This document shows positions 29,538 through 39,419 of a stretch of DNA of 64,000 nt, piece by piece. The stretch spans positions 14,984 to 78,983 of the forward strand of contig JAGLHE010000055.1 of NCBI GenBank assembly GCA_023143685.1, written 5' to 3'. The DNA comes from Candidatus Omnitrophota bacterium. GTDB lineage: Bacteria > Omnitrophota > Gorgyraeia > Zapsychrales > JANLHA01. Below the pieces are notes generated by a model that was given only the letters and a program-made list of their open reading frames with translations, did no database searches and was not told where the DNA came from. Position 1 is the first letter of the stretch. Each line of letters begins with the position of its first letter. The position numbers and the translations under genes were made by a program.

Positions 29538-32192
29538 TTATTTGACTTCTTGCGTTGGTAATATTACTTTAAATGTGCTGCCTTCTCCTACCTTTGATTC
29601 TACTTCAAGAGTCCCTCCGTGGTTCTCTATTATATTATGACTAACTGAGAGCCCTAATCCTGCGCCATCACCAACATCTTTGGTAGTGAAGAAAGGATCA
29701 AATATCATATCTTTGTTTTCTTCAGAAATTCCACCGCCATTATCTTTAATCTCAGTTATTAAACGATTACCGTCCTGATAAATTTTAATGCATATTTTTC
29801 CTTGTTTGCTTTCTTTTGCATATGTCTCGTTAATGCAATATATGGCATTCATTAAAATATTTGTAAAGACTTGTCCTAATTCATTCGCATTACCCTTTAC
29901 CTGAGGAACATTACCATATTCTTGTTCAACGGTAATACAATTATGCAACAAATCATGATTAATCAGAATGAGGGTATCTTCAACTATTTTTTTAATATCA
30001 ACAAAATCAAATTCTTCCTTTGATTTTCTGGAGTAATTCAATAACTGTTCAACGATAACCTTACAGCGCAGAGTGCTTCTTTCAATTAAGTTTAAAGACT
30101 CTTGCTGAAACTCATCAGTAGTTTCAAGTTTGAGCATCTCGGCATTTGTCAAGATAGTGCCTAATGGAGTATTAATTTCATGTGCTACTCCCCCGGCTAA
30201 CACACCGACTGTTGCCATTTTTTCAGATTGGACTAATTGTTTTTGTGTTGATTTTAGCTTTTCATAAGCTTCTTCTAAATCTTCATTCTTTTCCTGTAAT
30301 ATATCTACATATTCTGCCTTGGTTTCAGCCTTAGCCATTCTTTGGGTGAGTTTTTTCTCTTGATCAATTAATTTAGCATTTCCGATTGCAATAGTGGCCT
30401 GATTTGCAAGAATCGACAAAATCTGCAAATCATCTTTTGTGAAAACCTCTGAACTTCTTTCGATATTTAAAACTCCAATAACCGTATCTTTCTCTATGAA
30501 AGGCACACTTAATAATGATTCCGTATAATAACTTTCCTTATCATTATTTTTAAATCTCGAATCATTTTTCACACTGGGAACTAATAATGCTTTTTTCTCC
30601 TGAGCGACCCATCCCGAAATGCCTTCCCCTATATTGGCTCTTGTCTCTTTTGAATCATTTTGATCAATACCAATACTGGAAAAAACGGATAGATAGGGAT
30701 TATTATCAAATAGTAAAAAGGCGCATTTATCAGCGCCTAATATACGATGGGCACTGCTCGTAATAATTTCATATAAATCGACAATATTAAATATGGAACA
30801 AATAGTAGTTCCTACGCCGAAAAGGTCGGATAATCTTTTAGTGAACTGTTTCAATTGATCCTGCAACGCTTTTGTACGTAATAATGCATACACGCGAATT
30901 AACAAATCAATTTTATTAACGGGCTTTGTCATATAATCATCCGCGCCCATATTATAGCCATATATTTTATCTATTAAGGTATCTTTGCCTGTTAACATTA
31001 TTAATGGTATATCTTTTAACATATCATTTTTTCTTATTTCCTTGCAGAATTCATAACCTGACATCCTCGGCATCATTAAGTCAAGAATAATCAGGTCTGG
31101 TTTTTTCTCTGTTGCTAATTGCAAACCTTCAACCCCGTCAGGAGCAGAGATAACATTATAATTGTTTAATTTTAATCTGCTGTCAAGGACTTCAATATTT
31201 ATGGGTTCGTCATCTATAACCAATATAGTCTCGCCATTACCTTTTGGCTCCTTCTTGAATTTTTCTTCATCCTGTTTTAATTCATAAACCTTGCTGACGG
31301 GTTTCTTTTCAGTTTGTTCAGCCATGCCTGGTTGAGCCCTTCTTAACAGTGCCTGCATCCTGGCTATCAACTCTTCGTTATCAAATGGTTTTACTATATA
31401 ATCATCCGCGCCCAAGTTGAACCCTTCTACTTTATCTGCAGTGGTTACCTTGGCTGTTAATAATATTATCGGAATATCTTTTATTGTTTCATCCTCTTTT
31501 GCCATCTTGCAAAATTCAAACCCGTCCATTCCAGGCATCATGACATCCAATACCACTACGGCAGGCTTCACTTCGCGCATTTCTTTTAAGCCCTTTACTC
31601 CATCCTGAGCAGATATAGTTTTGTAGTTATGTGAACTTAAGGCCACCTTAAGTGCCTCAATATTGATAGGCTCGTCATCTACAACCAGTATAGTTTCACC
31701 ATTGCCTTTATTAGCTTTTACTTTGACAGTTTCTTCAATCTCCGGGACTGCTTTTAACATCTGCTGCCTGTCTGTCCTTTTTGTCTCCATCTGATCTTTC
31801 TGTTTCTCACTATTCCCAGAATCTATCTCAAATGGTTTTTTGGGAACAGTGAAATAAAAAGTAGTTCCTTTATCTAATTCACTCTCAACCCATATTTTAC
31901 CTTTTTGGAGTTCAACCATTTCTTTAGTGATTGCCAGCCCCAAACCAGTCCCTTCATATACTCTTTTAGCTGAACCATCAGCTTGTCTGAACCTTTCAAA
32001 GATTATATCTAAATCTGATTGATTCATTCCAATGCCGGTATCACCTACAGCTATCTTTATTTCATCCTCATTTTCATCATAAATATCGATACTTACTTCA
32101 CCATTATGTGTAAATTTCACTGCATTACCTACCAAGTTCAGCAGGATCTGCCTGAGTCTTCTTTTATCACCATATACAGTTATTTCATCCAT
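29538..32192 (-). CDS. C-terminal part of a split multi-domain hybrid sensor kinase (HATPase_c N-box onward - REC - REC - GAF - HisKA - HATPase_c)
   Basis: Starts directly in the N-box (RLRQILLNLVGNAVKFT); two DDEP..D..MP receivers; second H-box HEINTPL; terminal GDGAGLGLSV. Confidence 0.6.
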   Translation of the reverse strand: MDEITVYGDKRRLRQILLNLVGNAVKFTHNGEVSIDIYDENEDEIKIAVGDTGIGMNQSDLDIIFERFRQADGSAKRVYEGTGLGLAITKEMVELQKGKIWVESELDKGTTFYFTVPKKPFEIDSGNSEKQKDQMETKRTDRQQMLKAVPEIEETVKVKANKGNGETILVVDDEPINIEALKVALSSHNYKTISAQDGVKGLKEMREVKPAVVVLDVMMPGMDGFEFCKMAKEDETIKDIPIILLTAKVTTADKVEGFNLGADDYIVKPFDNEELIARMQALLRRAQPGMAEQTEKKPVSKVYELKQDEEKFKKEPKGNGETILVIDDEPINIEVLDSRLKLNNYNVISAPDGVEGLQLATEKKPDLIILDLMMPRMSGYEFCKEIRKNDMLKDIPLIMLTGKDTLIDKIYGYNMGADDYMTKPVNKIDLLIRVYALLRTKALQDQLKQFTKRLSDLFGVGTTICSIFNIVDLYEIITSSAHRILGADKCAFLLFDNNPYLSVFSSIGIDQNDSKETRANIGEGISGWVAQEKKALLVPSVKNDSRFKNNDKESYYTESLLSVPFIEKDTVIGVLNIERSSEVFTKDDLQILSILANQATIAIGNAKLIDQEKKLTQRMAKAETKAEYVDILQEKNEDLEEAYEKLKSTQKQLVQSEKMATVGVLAGGVAHEINTPLGTILTNAEMLKLETTDEFQQESLNLIERSTLRCKVIVEQLLNYSRKSKEEFDFVDIKKIVEDTLILINHDLLHNCITVEQEYGNVPQVKGNANELGQVFTNILMNAIYCINETYAKESKQGKICIKIYQDGNRLITEIKDNGGGISEENKDMIFDPFFTTKDVGDGAGLGLSVSHNIIENHGGTLEVESKVGEGSTFKVILPTQEVK

Positions 32193-32229
32193 TTTATATT
32201 ACTCTCCATAAAGATCGCGTCCTATTATT

Positions 32230-33375
32230 CTAAGTATGTACCTCTAACTTAACATTTACATCCGGCTTATCTCTTACCAGCCCTTCTGCTATAGGCATAA
32301 CTGTGTCCATTACATCTTTGAGGTTAAACTCCTGAACATCAAACTCCATCAAGCCGGCTTCAAGCTTGGAAAGATCCAGAAGGTTATTTACAAGTTCAAG
32401 AAGGCTTACACTGCATTTTTTTACCATCTGCATATGTCTGTCCTGTTCAGCATTAACAGGGCCGTCCGCGCCATCGAGTATTGAGTCTACCAGGCCGATT
32501 ATACCATTCAGGGGAGTTCGCAGTTCATGAGAAGTGTTTGCCAGGAACTCACTTTTCAGTCTGTCGAACTCTTTTAATTCCAGGTTCTGTTGGTCTAATT
32601 TCTGTATACCTGTAGACATCTTTTCAGTCATTTCATTAAATGCAACGGCTAATTCTCCGATCTCATCTCTTGTTTTGATTTGTATTCTGTGCTCAAGATC
32701 TCCTGAACCGATTTTCTGCGCGCCAAGGTGTAATAATTTAATCGGTTGAGTTAATGTACGCACAAAAATAACAGCAACAATGACACCAAATATTAGAATC
32801 CCCAGAGATATAAGAAAAATCTTTACAGTCACAACACTGACCAGCCTTTTCATTCTCTCTTGTGATGCGCCTAATATTAACGCACCAATAAGCCTGTCAT
32901 CTATTCTTATTTCACGTTTTATCTCGAGGATTTCTTCATTTTCATATCTGACCTTTTCAATATAGAAATTATTATCTTCATCAATATCATATTCATAATT
33001 AATAATTTTATTAAATGCCTCAACATTTGTTTTTCCAACTTTATTTTGATCACTATCACCGATTATTCTACCGGTATCATCAAATAGCGTTAAATATAAT
33101 ATGTCCGTTTCCTCTATAACATTAGTACAAATTTTTATCAACAGAGTATAATCCCAGCTTAAAGTTGCCTCTTTACTGTTTTGTGCCAGGCTGGATGATA
33201 ATGTTTCTAAACGCATCATATTCTCAGTCCGGATCATATTTCGTATATTATTCAGGAAGAATATACTCGAAGCCAGAATAGCAAGCACTAGAAGGGAAAT
33301 GGTTACAATGAGGTATTTTTGCAGAATGCTTAAGGTTAATCTTTCTTTCTTAACAGGGATTTTCAATTCGTCCAT
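32230..33375 (-). CDS. N-terminal part of the same split sensor kinase (2 TM periplasmic sensor - HAMP - HisKA)
   Basis: H-box SHELRTPLNGIIG; ends 13 codons before the N-box would be expected; about 37 nt with stops in both frames separates it from 29538..32192. Confidence 0.6.
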   Translation of the reverse strand: MDELKIPVKKERLTLSILQKYLIVTISLLVLAILASSIFFLNNIRNMIRTENMMRLETLSSSLAQNSKEATLSWDYTLLIKICTNVIEETDILYLTLFDDTGRIIGDSDQNKVGKTNVEAFNKIINYEYDIDEDNNFYIEKVRYENEEILEIKREIRIDDRLIGALILGASQERMKRLVSVVTVKIFLISLGILIFGVIVAVIFVRTLTQPIKLLHLGAQKIGSGDLEHRIQIKTRDEIGELAVAFNEMTEKMSTGIQKLDQQNLELKEFDRLKSEFLANTSHELRTPLNGIIGLVDSILDGADGPVNAEQDRHMQMVKKCSVSLLELVNNLLDLSKLEAGLMEFDVQEFNLKDVMDTVMPIAEGLVRDKPDVNVKLEVHT

Positions 33376-33402
33376 ATTTGGAATCTGCCTTGTTGTAAAT
33401 TT

Positions 33403-33455
33403 TAAGGAGAGCCTGAACAGTGCAGAAATTACACACTGTTCAGGCTCTCCTTTTT
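33403..33455. terminator. Perfect 18-bp stem hairpin followed by a T-tract on the + strand (intrinsic-terminator-like)
   Basis: aggagagcctgaacagtg..cactgttcaggctctcct then ttttt; sits between the SBP and the kinase genes. Confidence 0.5.
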
Positions 33456-33460
33456 GATAA

Positions 33461-34393
33461 TTATTTATTACCTTTCTTTTCTTTTTTCTTCTTGTCAGCC
33501 ATTGATTGCCAGTGGTCGAGATCATAAAATTCGGGGCCATAAACAGTATCAATTACTTTTTTTATTCCTATATAATCTTCCCATGTGACAGATACCCATT
33601 TATCATATTTTCTAGCAACCTTTAACATACCTTCCATATCTTTCTCGTGCATATTCAGGACAGCATCCTTAACTTTTTTCAAGGTCGCTTCATCAACTTT
33701 TTCTGTGTTTACGCAAAAAGGAAATTCAGGAACAGCAGTATGTCTCCAAAGACTCCTTAATTTTGCGCCTTCTGTATTAAATGAATCGAAGGTTGCCTCA
33801 TTAATAAAACAGCCATCGAATTGTTTACTAATTACGGATTGCGCGGCATTGTCATGCCTTCCCAAGTATTCAAATGTACCAAAATAAGTAAACTTATCAA
33901 TGTTTTGATTTTTAAGCCAGGCACTGGGCATTAAATTCCCTGATGTTGAAGAGGCACTGGTTCCGCATACTTTCTTGCCTTTCAGGTCTTCAAGTGACTG
34001 AAAAGGAGCATCTACTCTTACTGCAAGATGTCCGTGATAAGCTGGTGCTCCGGATTTTTGAGCACATGCAAATGGAACAACAGGACCGGTTTCATGTGCC
34101 TGCACACAGGTAACAGAGGCAAGCCAGGCAAAATCAATCTTACCGGTTGATATATCTCTGACAATAGCCGTGTATCCGCCGGTATATCCTGTAGTCGGAT
34201 ACAGTCTTAATCGAATGTCCAGCCCGGTTTCTTCTTGTAAATGTTTTTCAACTGCATCAAATCTTTTTAACATTTCAGAGGGTTTTCTCAGAGGGAGGAT
34301 TCCTAGGTAATAAGTTCTTGCCCAAGCTGCTTCAGCTTGTGAGAAGAAAATACACAAACATACCAACGTGATTCCTATAACTTTTTTGACCAC
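33461..34393 (-). CDS. PhnD/SsuA-like periplasmic substrate-binding protein (phosphonate ABC-type SBP fold), probably a sensor partner of the kinase
   Basis: Signal peptide; type-2 periplasmic binding fold motifs (YPTTGYTGGYTAIV, GTSASSTSGNLMP). Confidence 0.55.
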   Translation of the reverse strand: MVKKVIGITLVCLCIFFSQAEAAWARTYYLGILPLRKPSEMLKRFDAVEKHLQEETGLDIRLRLYPTTGYTGGYTAIVRDISTGKIDFAWLASVTCVQAHETGPVVPFACAQKSGAPAYHGHLAVRVDAPFQSLEDLKGKKVCGTSASSTSGNLMPSAWLKNQNIDKFTYFGTFEYLGRHDNAAQSVISKQFDGCFINEATFDSFNTEGAKLRSLWRHTAVPEFPFCVNTEKVDEATLKKVKDAVLNMHEKDMEGMLKVARKYDKWVSVTWEDYIGIKKVIDTVYGPEFYDLDHWQSMADKKKKEKKGNK

Positions 34394-34748
34394 ACTACAC
34401 CGTCCTTTCTGTTTTTTTATTAAACTTTATTTTTTCTAAATATAACATGTTTCCAACAAATCCACAAACAATTCATCGATTTTTTAAAAAAAATTTTTCA
34501 CTACTGTCCTGACATAAGTTAATTATTTGTAATAAGTTATGACTTTCGCAAGTTCTAAAAACATAATTTTTGCTAGTTTCTCGTCGACAACGACTTTATT
34601 CTGTGGCTGTGAAAAGCATGAAAAAATGTAATACTGGAAGTCGAAACGCAGTTGATAATTGTCATAATTTTGAGGGTCGACCTCAATACGATCTGGCAGT
34701 ATAAATAAACACTTGTACAAAATTCGCGTAAATGCGCGGATTCAATTA

Positions 34749-35037
34749 GCAAGTGCAACACTTTGTTCTAGAAAGACCTGAACAGGAATTTTAAATCCTA
34801 GACATTTGCGAGGCCTATTGTTTAACAGAAATTCAATTTCTTTGATGCGTTTATGAGTTATTTTAGCAAAATCTGTTTTCTTGGGAAGAAATCTTCTGAT
34901 TAATCCATTAACATTTTCAACAGAACCTTTCTCCCAGCTGTGATAGGGATTACAAAAATAAGAGTCAGAGTTTAGCTCATCGTTGATAAGTTCTTGTAAA
35001 ACATTCTCTGAGCCATTGGAATCAAAAATATCATAAA
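34749..35037 (-). pseudogene. IS30-family transposase, C-terminal remnant (truncated; N-terminus missing)
   Basis: Minus-strand frame translates to FYDIFDSNGSENVLQELINDELNSDSYFCNPYHSWEKGSVENVNGLIRRFLPKKTDFAKITHKRIKEIEFLLNNRPRKCLGFKIPVQVFLEQ, the conserved IS30 DDE C-terminus (DNGSEF...PY.SWERG..EN.NGL.R...PK.TDF....LNNRPRK). Confidence 0.75.
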
Positions 35038-35081
35038 ATCATTTTGACGATTTCCAAAATTATTCAGGAACGAAAAAAATT

Positions 35082-36263
35082 TTAACAAATTACTGTCTTG
35101 TATAAACTTAACGTTGCCTGGGCAACATCTATTTTCCTGTAAGATGCCTCTACCATTTTACGTCCTGTTGCTCCTAATCTTGCTCTAAGATCTTTGTCAG
35201 CCATAACCTGAATTATCCTTGAAGCTAACTCTTCAGAATCCTTAACAGGGATCACAAATCCGTTTACCGCGTCAGAGATAATCTCAGGCATCCCCCCTGT
35301 TTTTGTAACAATCATCGGCCTTGAACATGCCATTGCCTCTAACATCGTTAATCCGAACGGCTCAAAACTTGAAGAGGGATAAACACAAACTTGTGAAACG
35401 TTATAAAGAGCCGGCATATCAGTTAAGTCATATGAATCAATAAGAACATTGTCCCTTAGGCCAAATTTCTCGACTAGCTGAACCATATAAGCAATATCCT
35501 TCTGCTGAGTGTCTCCCCAATCAATAATATTCTTTGTCCCTGCCAATACAAGCATAACATCCGGATATTTCCTTTTAACAGTCCGTAATGCCTTTATGCT
35601 CACATCACATCCTTTTGCCAGGCCCATACGCGCCGGATGAAAGATAACTCTTTTCCCCTTTAACTGAGGATATTTCTTAAGTATCTTTTTTGTATCAGCA
35701 TTGGGATTAAACATGTCCTCATCAACGCCATGGTGAATTGTTGTGACAATCCTATGATCACATCCTATTCCGTTTAATTCCTTAGCAATAAAATGGCTGA
35801 CAGCAATAATATGATTCCATGCAATCGTAGAGGTCAACTCCAAAAACTGAACATCATCCCAAGCATTGTGTGCGGTCAGAAAAAGAGGAATACCTTTTTG
35901 AATGGCCAAGCGCTCCAATGCTTTAATATGAGCTTTACTGAAATAATTCATATTGTGCGCGTGAAGAACATCAGGCTTGTTCTTATCAATAAATTTCTTA
36001 AAGACTCTTGCAGTTTCTACCTGGATTCCATCCAGCCCTCTTTTATACAGCCAGTTCAAATCCATAACCGGGTTTCGTGTAACTTTGACACCGTTATAAT
36101 CATCTTCACCGGGATACCCTTCAAAACTGCACGTTAATAAGCTTGCTTTATGCCCCATGGACACAAAGGCCGGCAATAAAATCGTAAGATGCGTTTCAAC
36201 CCCGCCTATGACAGGCGGGAATCCCCAATGCAAATGCGCAATATTTAGTTTCTTTTTAGACAT
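35082..36263 (-). CDS. Glycosyltransferase family 4 (GT4)
   Basis: GT-B fold; EPFGLTMLEAMACSRPMIVTKTGG (E-x7-E-like motif). Confidence 0.75.
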   Translation of the reverse strand: MSKKKLNIAHLHWGFPPVIGGVETHLTILLPAFVSMGHKASLLTCSFEGYPGEDDYNGVKVTRNPVMDLNWLYKRGLDGIQVETARVFKKFIDKNKPDVLHAHNMNYFSKAHIKALERLAIQKGIPLFLTAHNAWDDVQFLELTSTIAWNHIIAVSHFIAKELNGIGCDHRIVTTIHHGVDEDMFNPNADTKKILKKYPQLKGKRVIFHPARMGLAKGCDVSIKALRTVKRKYPDVMLVLAGTKNIIDWGDTQQKDIAYMVQLVEKFGLRDNVLIDSYDLTDMPALYNVSQVCVYPSSSFEPFGLTMLEAMACSRPMIVTKTGGMPEIISDAVNGFVIPVKDSEELASRIIQVMADKDLRARLGATGRKMVEASYRKIDVAQATLSLYKTVIC

Positions 36264-36323
36264 TAATGACTCCTTAATTTATATTGTAGTAGCCCGTGGG
36301 GAACGGTTTAAAACCGTTCCCTA

Positions 36324-38648
36324 CTAATAATATCCAGCTTCTACCAGTTTCTCTTTACGTCGAAAAATGTGTTCTTTTGCCGGGCTCAACAGATGGGTTT
36401 TCCCGAAAACCTGAATCTTCACCTTCTTCTTATTTCTTGATTCACATTTAATCCGTACTTCATTATTCTTAACTTCAAATCTTAAAATATCTTTTTTCCA
36501 AAACAACGCGAACTTCATCTTCCGCCAGGTTCCAGGAACCCTTGGATTCACGCGGAGAAGGCCGTTTAATCCGCGAACACCGGCAAATCCATGAATAACA
36601 TCTTGCCAAACCCCTCCCAAAGAAGCAGCGTGAATTCCTTCGGGTGTATTTCCATGCAGATTACTGATATCAGCTCTTAAGGCTACATTAAAGAACTGAT
36701 ACGCTTGACTAACAGCTCCAACTTCAAGAGCAATAAGAGCGTGCATTGAAACACTTAATGATGATTTATGCAATGTTCGACTGTAGTAATACCAGAAATT
36801 GCTTTCTTTGGTTTTCTTATTAAATATATCAGAAAGCAGAAAGAGACACATCAACACATCCGCCTGCTTCACTAACTGCGTCTTGTTGTAATCCTTTACT
36901 TTAATTCCGTCGGGCAAAGACGGGATATTGTTCTCATCGAACTTAACAAGATCTATCATCTTCTTTTTGAAGAACCCGTCAAACTCCTCTATAACATTAT
37001 CCTCTCTTATCTTAATATCGATGCGAGGCGCAATATATTTCCACTTCTTCACTTCTTTCTCAGCTAAAGATGTTGTTTTAACCAACTTGTCAAAAAGCCT
37101 TCTATTGCTTTTCTTAAGAGTATTATAATATTTGTACGCGGTTAACAAACACCACTTAGCCATGACATTTGTATAAGCATTATTATTCACATCTTCATGA
37201 AATTCATCCGGGCCGATAACATTTCTTATTTCATATCTACCTCTTCTATTACGAACAGTCCTGCTTGCCCAAAACCGGGCGATTTCAAAAATCATTTCAT
37301 ATCCTTGATCCTTCATAAATTCTTTATCGTCTGCAACCTGAAAATACTGAACAATCGCATAAGCGATATCCGCTGCGATATGATGCTCCAGGTCATTTGT
37401 CCTTATAGGAATAACTTCCCCGTCCAAATTTTTTGCCCATGAAGGCGTTTCTTCTTCACCTGTGCCTGCAGACTCCCACGGGAACATTGCACCTTCATAG
37501 CCTTTTTCTTTCGCGATTATTTTTGCCTGCTGTATTCTTTTATGCCTGTACATCAGCATGTTCTTTGCTACATCCGGCATGACATACGCGTAAAACGGCA
37601 GCAAAAATATTTCGGCATCCCAGAAGATGTGGCCTCTATATCCTTCGCCGCTGAGCGTCCGCGCGCCAATGCTTGAAAAACCCTGATCATCATGAGCACA
37701 GATAAGCATATGATAAATATTGAAGCGGACATTCTTTTGAATATCTGCTGTTCCCTCAATAATAACGTCCGCAATCTCCCATAATTTGCGCCATTGCTGG
37801 ATATGCTTCTTAAAAAGACTTTCAAAATGGCCACGATACGCTTTTTGAAATTCAATCTGTGATTTCTTCTTATTCTTTTTAAATTCAGATTCACCTTGTC
37901 CCATAACAGATATATGGTAAACAACAGTGAAAACAACGGATTGCTTTTTCTTAAGTTTTAAACGCACAAAATTGTCCCGCGCGTATATTTTTTTATTACC
38001 AATTTTGTAATAAAATCCATTTCGATAAATAACGCGATTGGTTTTTTCAAGTGTATCAATGACACGATAATTAGCATTATCTTCGCGCTCTAAATCCCTA
38101 ACAACAAAATGTCTTTTTCGCCCTTCTGTCAGGACCCCCCTGTTATGAACGCCCGTGTCAATATCTGTTTGTACTTCAAGCTTCACATCTTGATCTAACG
38201 GTGTAAGAACTATCCGCATAATCATTAAATTCTTATCGTGCATGGACATAAATCTCATAGATTGATAATCGTATCGTCTTTTCTTGCTATCCGAATAAAC
38301 AGTCCGTCTTACCACTAAGCCATCTTGCATATTCAAAATTCTTTTATGCTCCAGAATATCCATAGCAACGGCCCCCAGTTTTTCACCGTTAGCTGTAATT
38401 TTAAAATTAACTGGATTCGGAAAATTAACCAACTCACTTACTTGTGAAGTGAATCGATCAAAAACACCGGCGATATAGGTTCCCGGCATAGCTCCCTGGG
38501 GAATTTCTTCCAGGACACCACGCGTTCCAAGCAACCCATTACCCAAGGCAAACTGAGTCTCTCGAATATCCTGAATCTCTTTATCAAAGCCGTCTTCTTT
38601 GACGCACCAGAGATCCCCTGCCGTATATTTTGAAAATATTTCTTTCAT
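36324..38648 (-). CDS. Glycoside hydrolase family 65 (disaccharide phosphorylase, kojibiose/trehalose/maltose phosphorylase-like)
   Basis: About 774 aa; central (alpha/alpha)6 catalytic region with WDAEIF... and catalytic-acid context GYEGAMFPWESA. Confidence 0.7.
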   Translation of the reverse strand: MKEIFSKYTAGDLWCVKEDGFDKEIQDIRETQFALGNGLLGTRGVLEEIPQGAMPGTYIAGVFDRFTSQVSELVNFPNPVNFKITANGEKLGAVAMDILEHKRILNMQDGLVVRRTVYSDSKKRRYDYQSMRFMSMHDKNLMIMRIVLTPLDQDVKLEVQTDIDTGVHNRGVLTEGRKRHFVVRDLEREDNANYRVIDTLEKTNRVIYRNGFYYKIGNKKIYARDNFVRLKLKKKQSVVFTVVYHISVMGQGESEFKKNKKKSQIEFQKAYRGHFESLFKKHIQQWRKLWEIADVIIEGTADIQKNVRFNIYHMLICAHDDQGFSSIGARTLSGEGYRGHIFWDAEIFLLPFYAYVMPDVAKNMLMYRHKRIQQAKIIAKEKGYEGAMFPWESAGTGEEETPSWAKNLDGEVIPIRTNDLEHHIAADIAYAIVQYFQVADDKEFMKDQGYEMIFEIARFWASRTVRNRRGRYEIRNVIGPDEFHEDVNNNAYTNVMAKWCLLTAYKYYNTLKKSNRRLFDKLVKTTSLAEKEVKKWKYIAPRIDIKIREDNVIEEFDGFFKKKMIDLVKFDENNIPSLPDGIKVKDYNKTQLVKQADVLMCLFLLSDIFNKKTKESNFWYYYSRTLHKSSLSVSMHALIALEVGAVSQAYQFFNVALRADISNLHGNTPEGIHAASLGGVWQDVIHGFAGVRGLNGLLRVNPRVPGTWRKMKFALFWKKDILRFEVKNNEVRIKCESRNKKKVKIQVFGKTHLLSPAKEHIFRRKEKLVEAGYY

Positions 38649-38887
38649 AATATAATTCTACCAAAATCTTATCTGTTTTAAGACTAAAAATCTTTATTTC
38701 TTTTCAATATCCCGCACGCTTGCCTCTCCAAGATGCCTAACAAAGCCGCTCTTTCTTGACACTATAATATCTGCCTCGCGAATGGATCGCAGGGTATTCG
38801 AATTTATAAAAAACATAACTTGCTTCTTTATGTCCGTCTTTATCATCATGCAAAGACGTGTAATGGTTAAATATTTTTCCTCAAGTT

Positions 38888-38945
38888 AGCTCGCCCTAGC
38901 TCGCCACTTGCAACCGTATAGGAATTTTTCAAATTCCTATACTAA
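38888..38945. repeat. Dispersed repeat family, copy 4 (compact form: 12-bp arms with a 3-nt spacer)
   Basis: gtataggaattt ttc aaattcctatac. Confidence 0.7.
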
Positions 38946-38953
38946 AATTTAAA

Positions 38954-39109
38954 TCACTCCAATTTATCCTGAAATTCCCTACGGTGAACATGGCAGTATT
39001 GTTCCGGATTATAAACACTCAAGCGCTTCGCGCAACCATATTTCTTGCAGACCCGCCCCTTTTTATATTGTTTAGGCGGATTTTTTTTTGTAATTATTCG
39101 GGCATACAT
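38954..39109 (-). CDS. Unannotated small ORF (51 aa) with a zinc-ribbon-like C-x4-C-x12-C-x2-H pattern
   Basis: MYARIITKKNPPKQYKKGRVCKKYGCAKRLSVYNPEQYCHVHRREFQDKLE; absent from the ORF track (below 60 aa). Confidence 0.3.
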   Translation of the reverse strand: MYARIITKKNPPKQYKKGRVCKKYGCAKRLSVYNPEQYCHVHRREFQDKLE

Positions 39110-39419
39110 CGAACTTAACCTATCCTTCAACTTTTAACGATAAAATTAATCGCTTGCATTAACAATTGTTCGGCGTTTTATATACGCCTGCTCATTACTC
39201 GTTGGCGCTAAAACAAGCATTATAGCACTAAAAGATAACAACATGGGCAAAATTACAATATTACATCATTCCTCGTCATATGCCCCCCCCGATTGATCAC
39301 CAACCTGCCCATTACAAATTAAAAATTCTTATTACAATCTTTTATTCTTTATGTATAATATACACTCTCTTATATTTAATAATTGGTATTAGTAAATATA
39401 CCTTCAACAGGAGCCCTAT

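Noticed and set aside
34523-34761. ORFs 34523..34720 and 34573..34761
   Set aside because: They are short, overlap each other in different frames, and lie in the AT-rich scar between the IS30 remnant and the SBP gene. They are likely non-coding.
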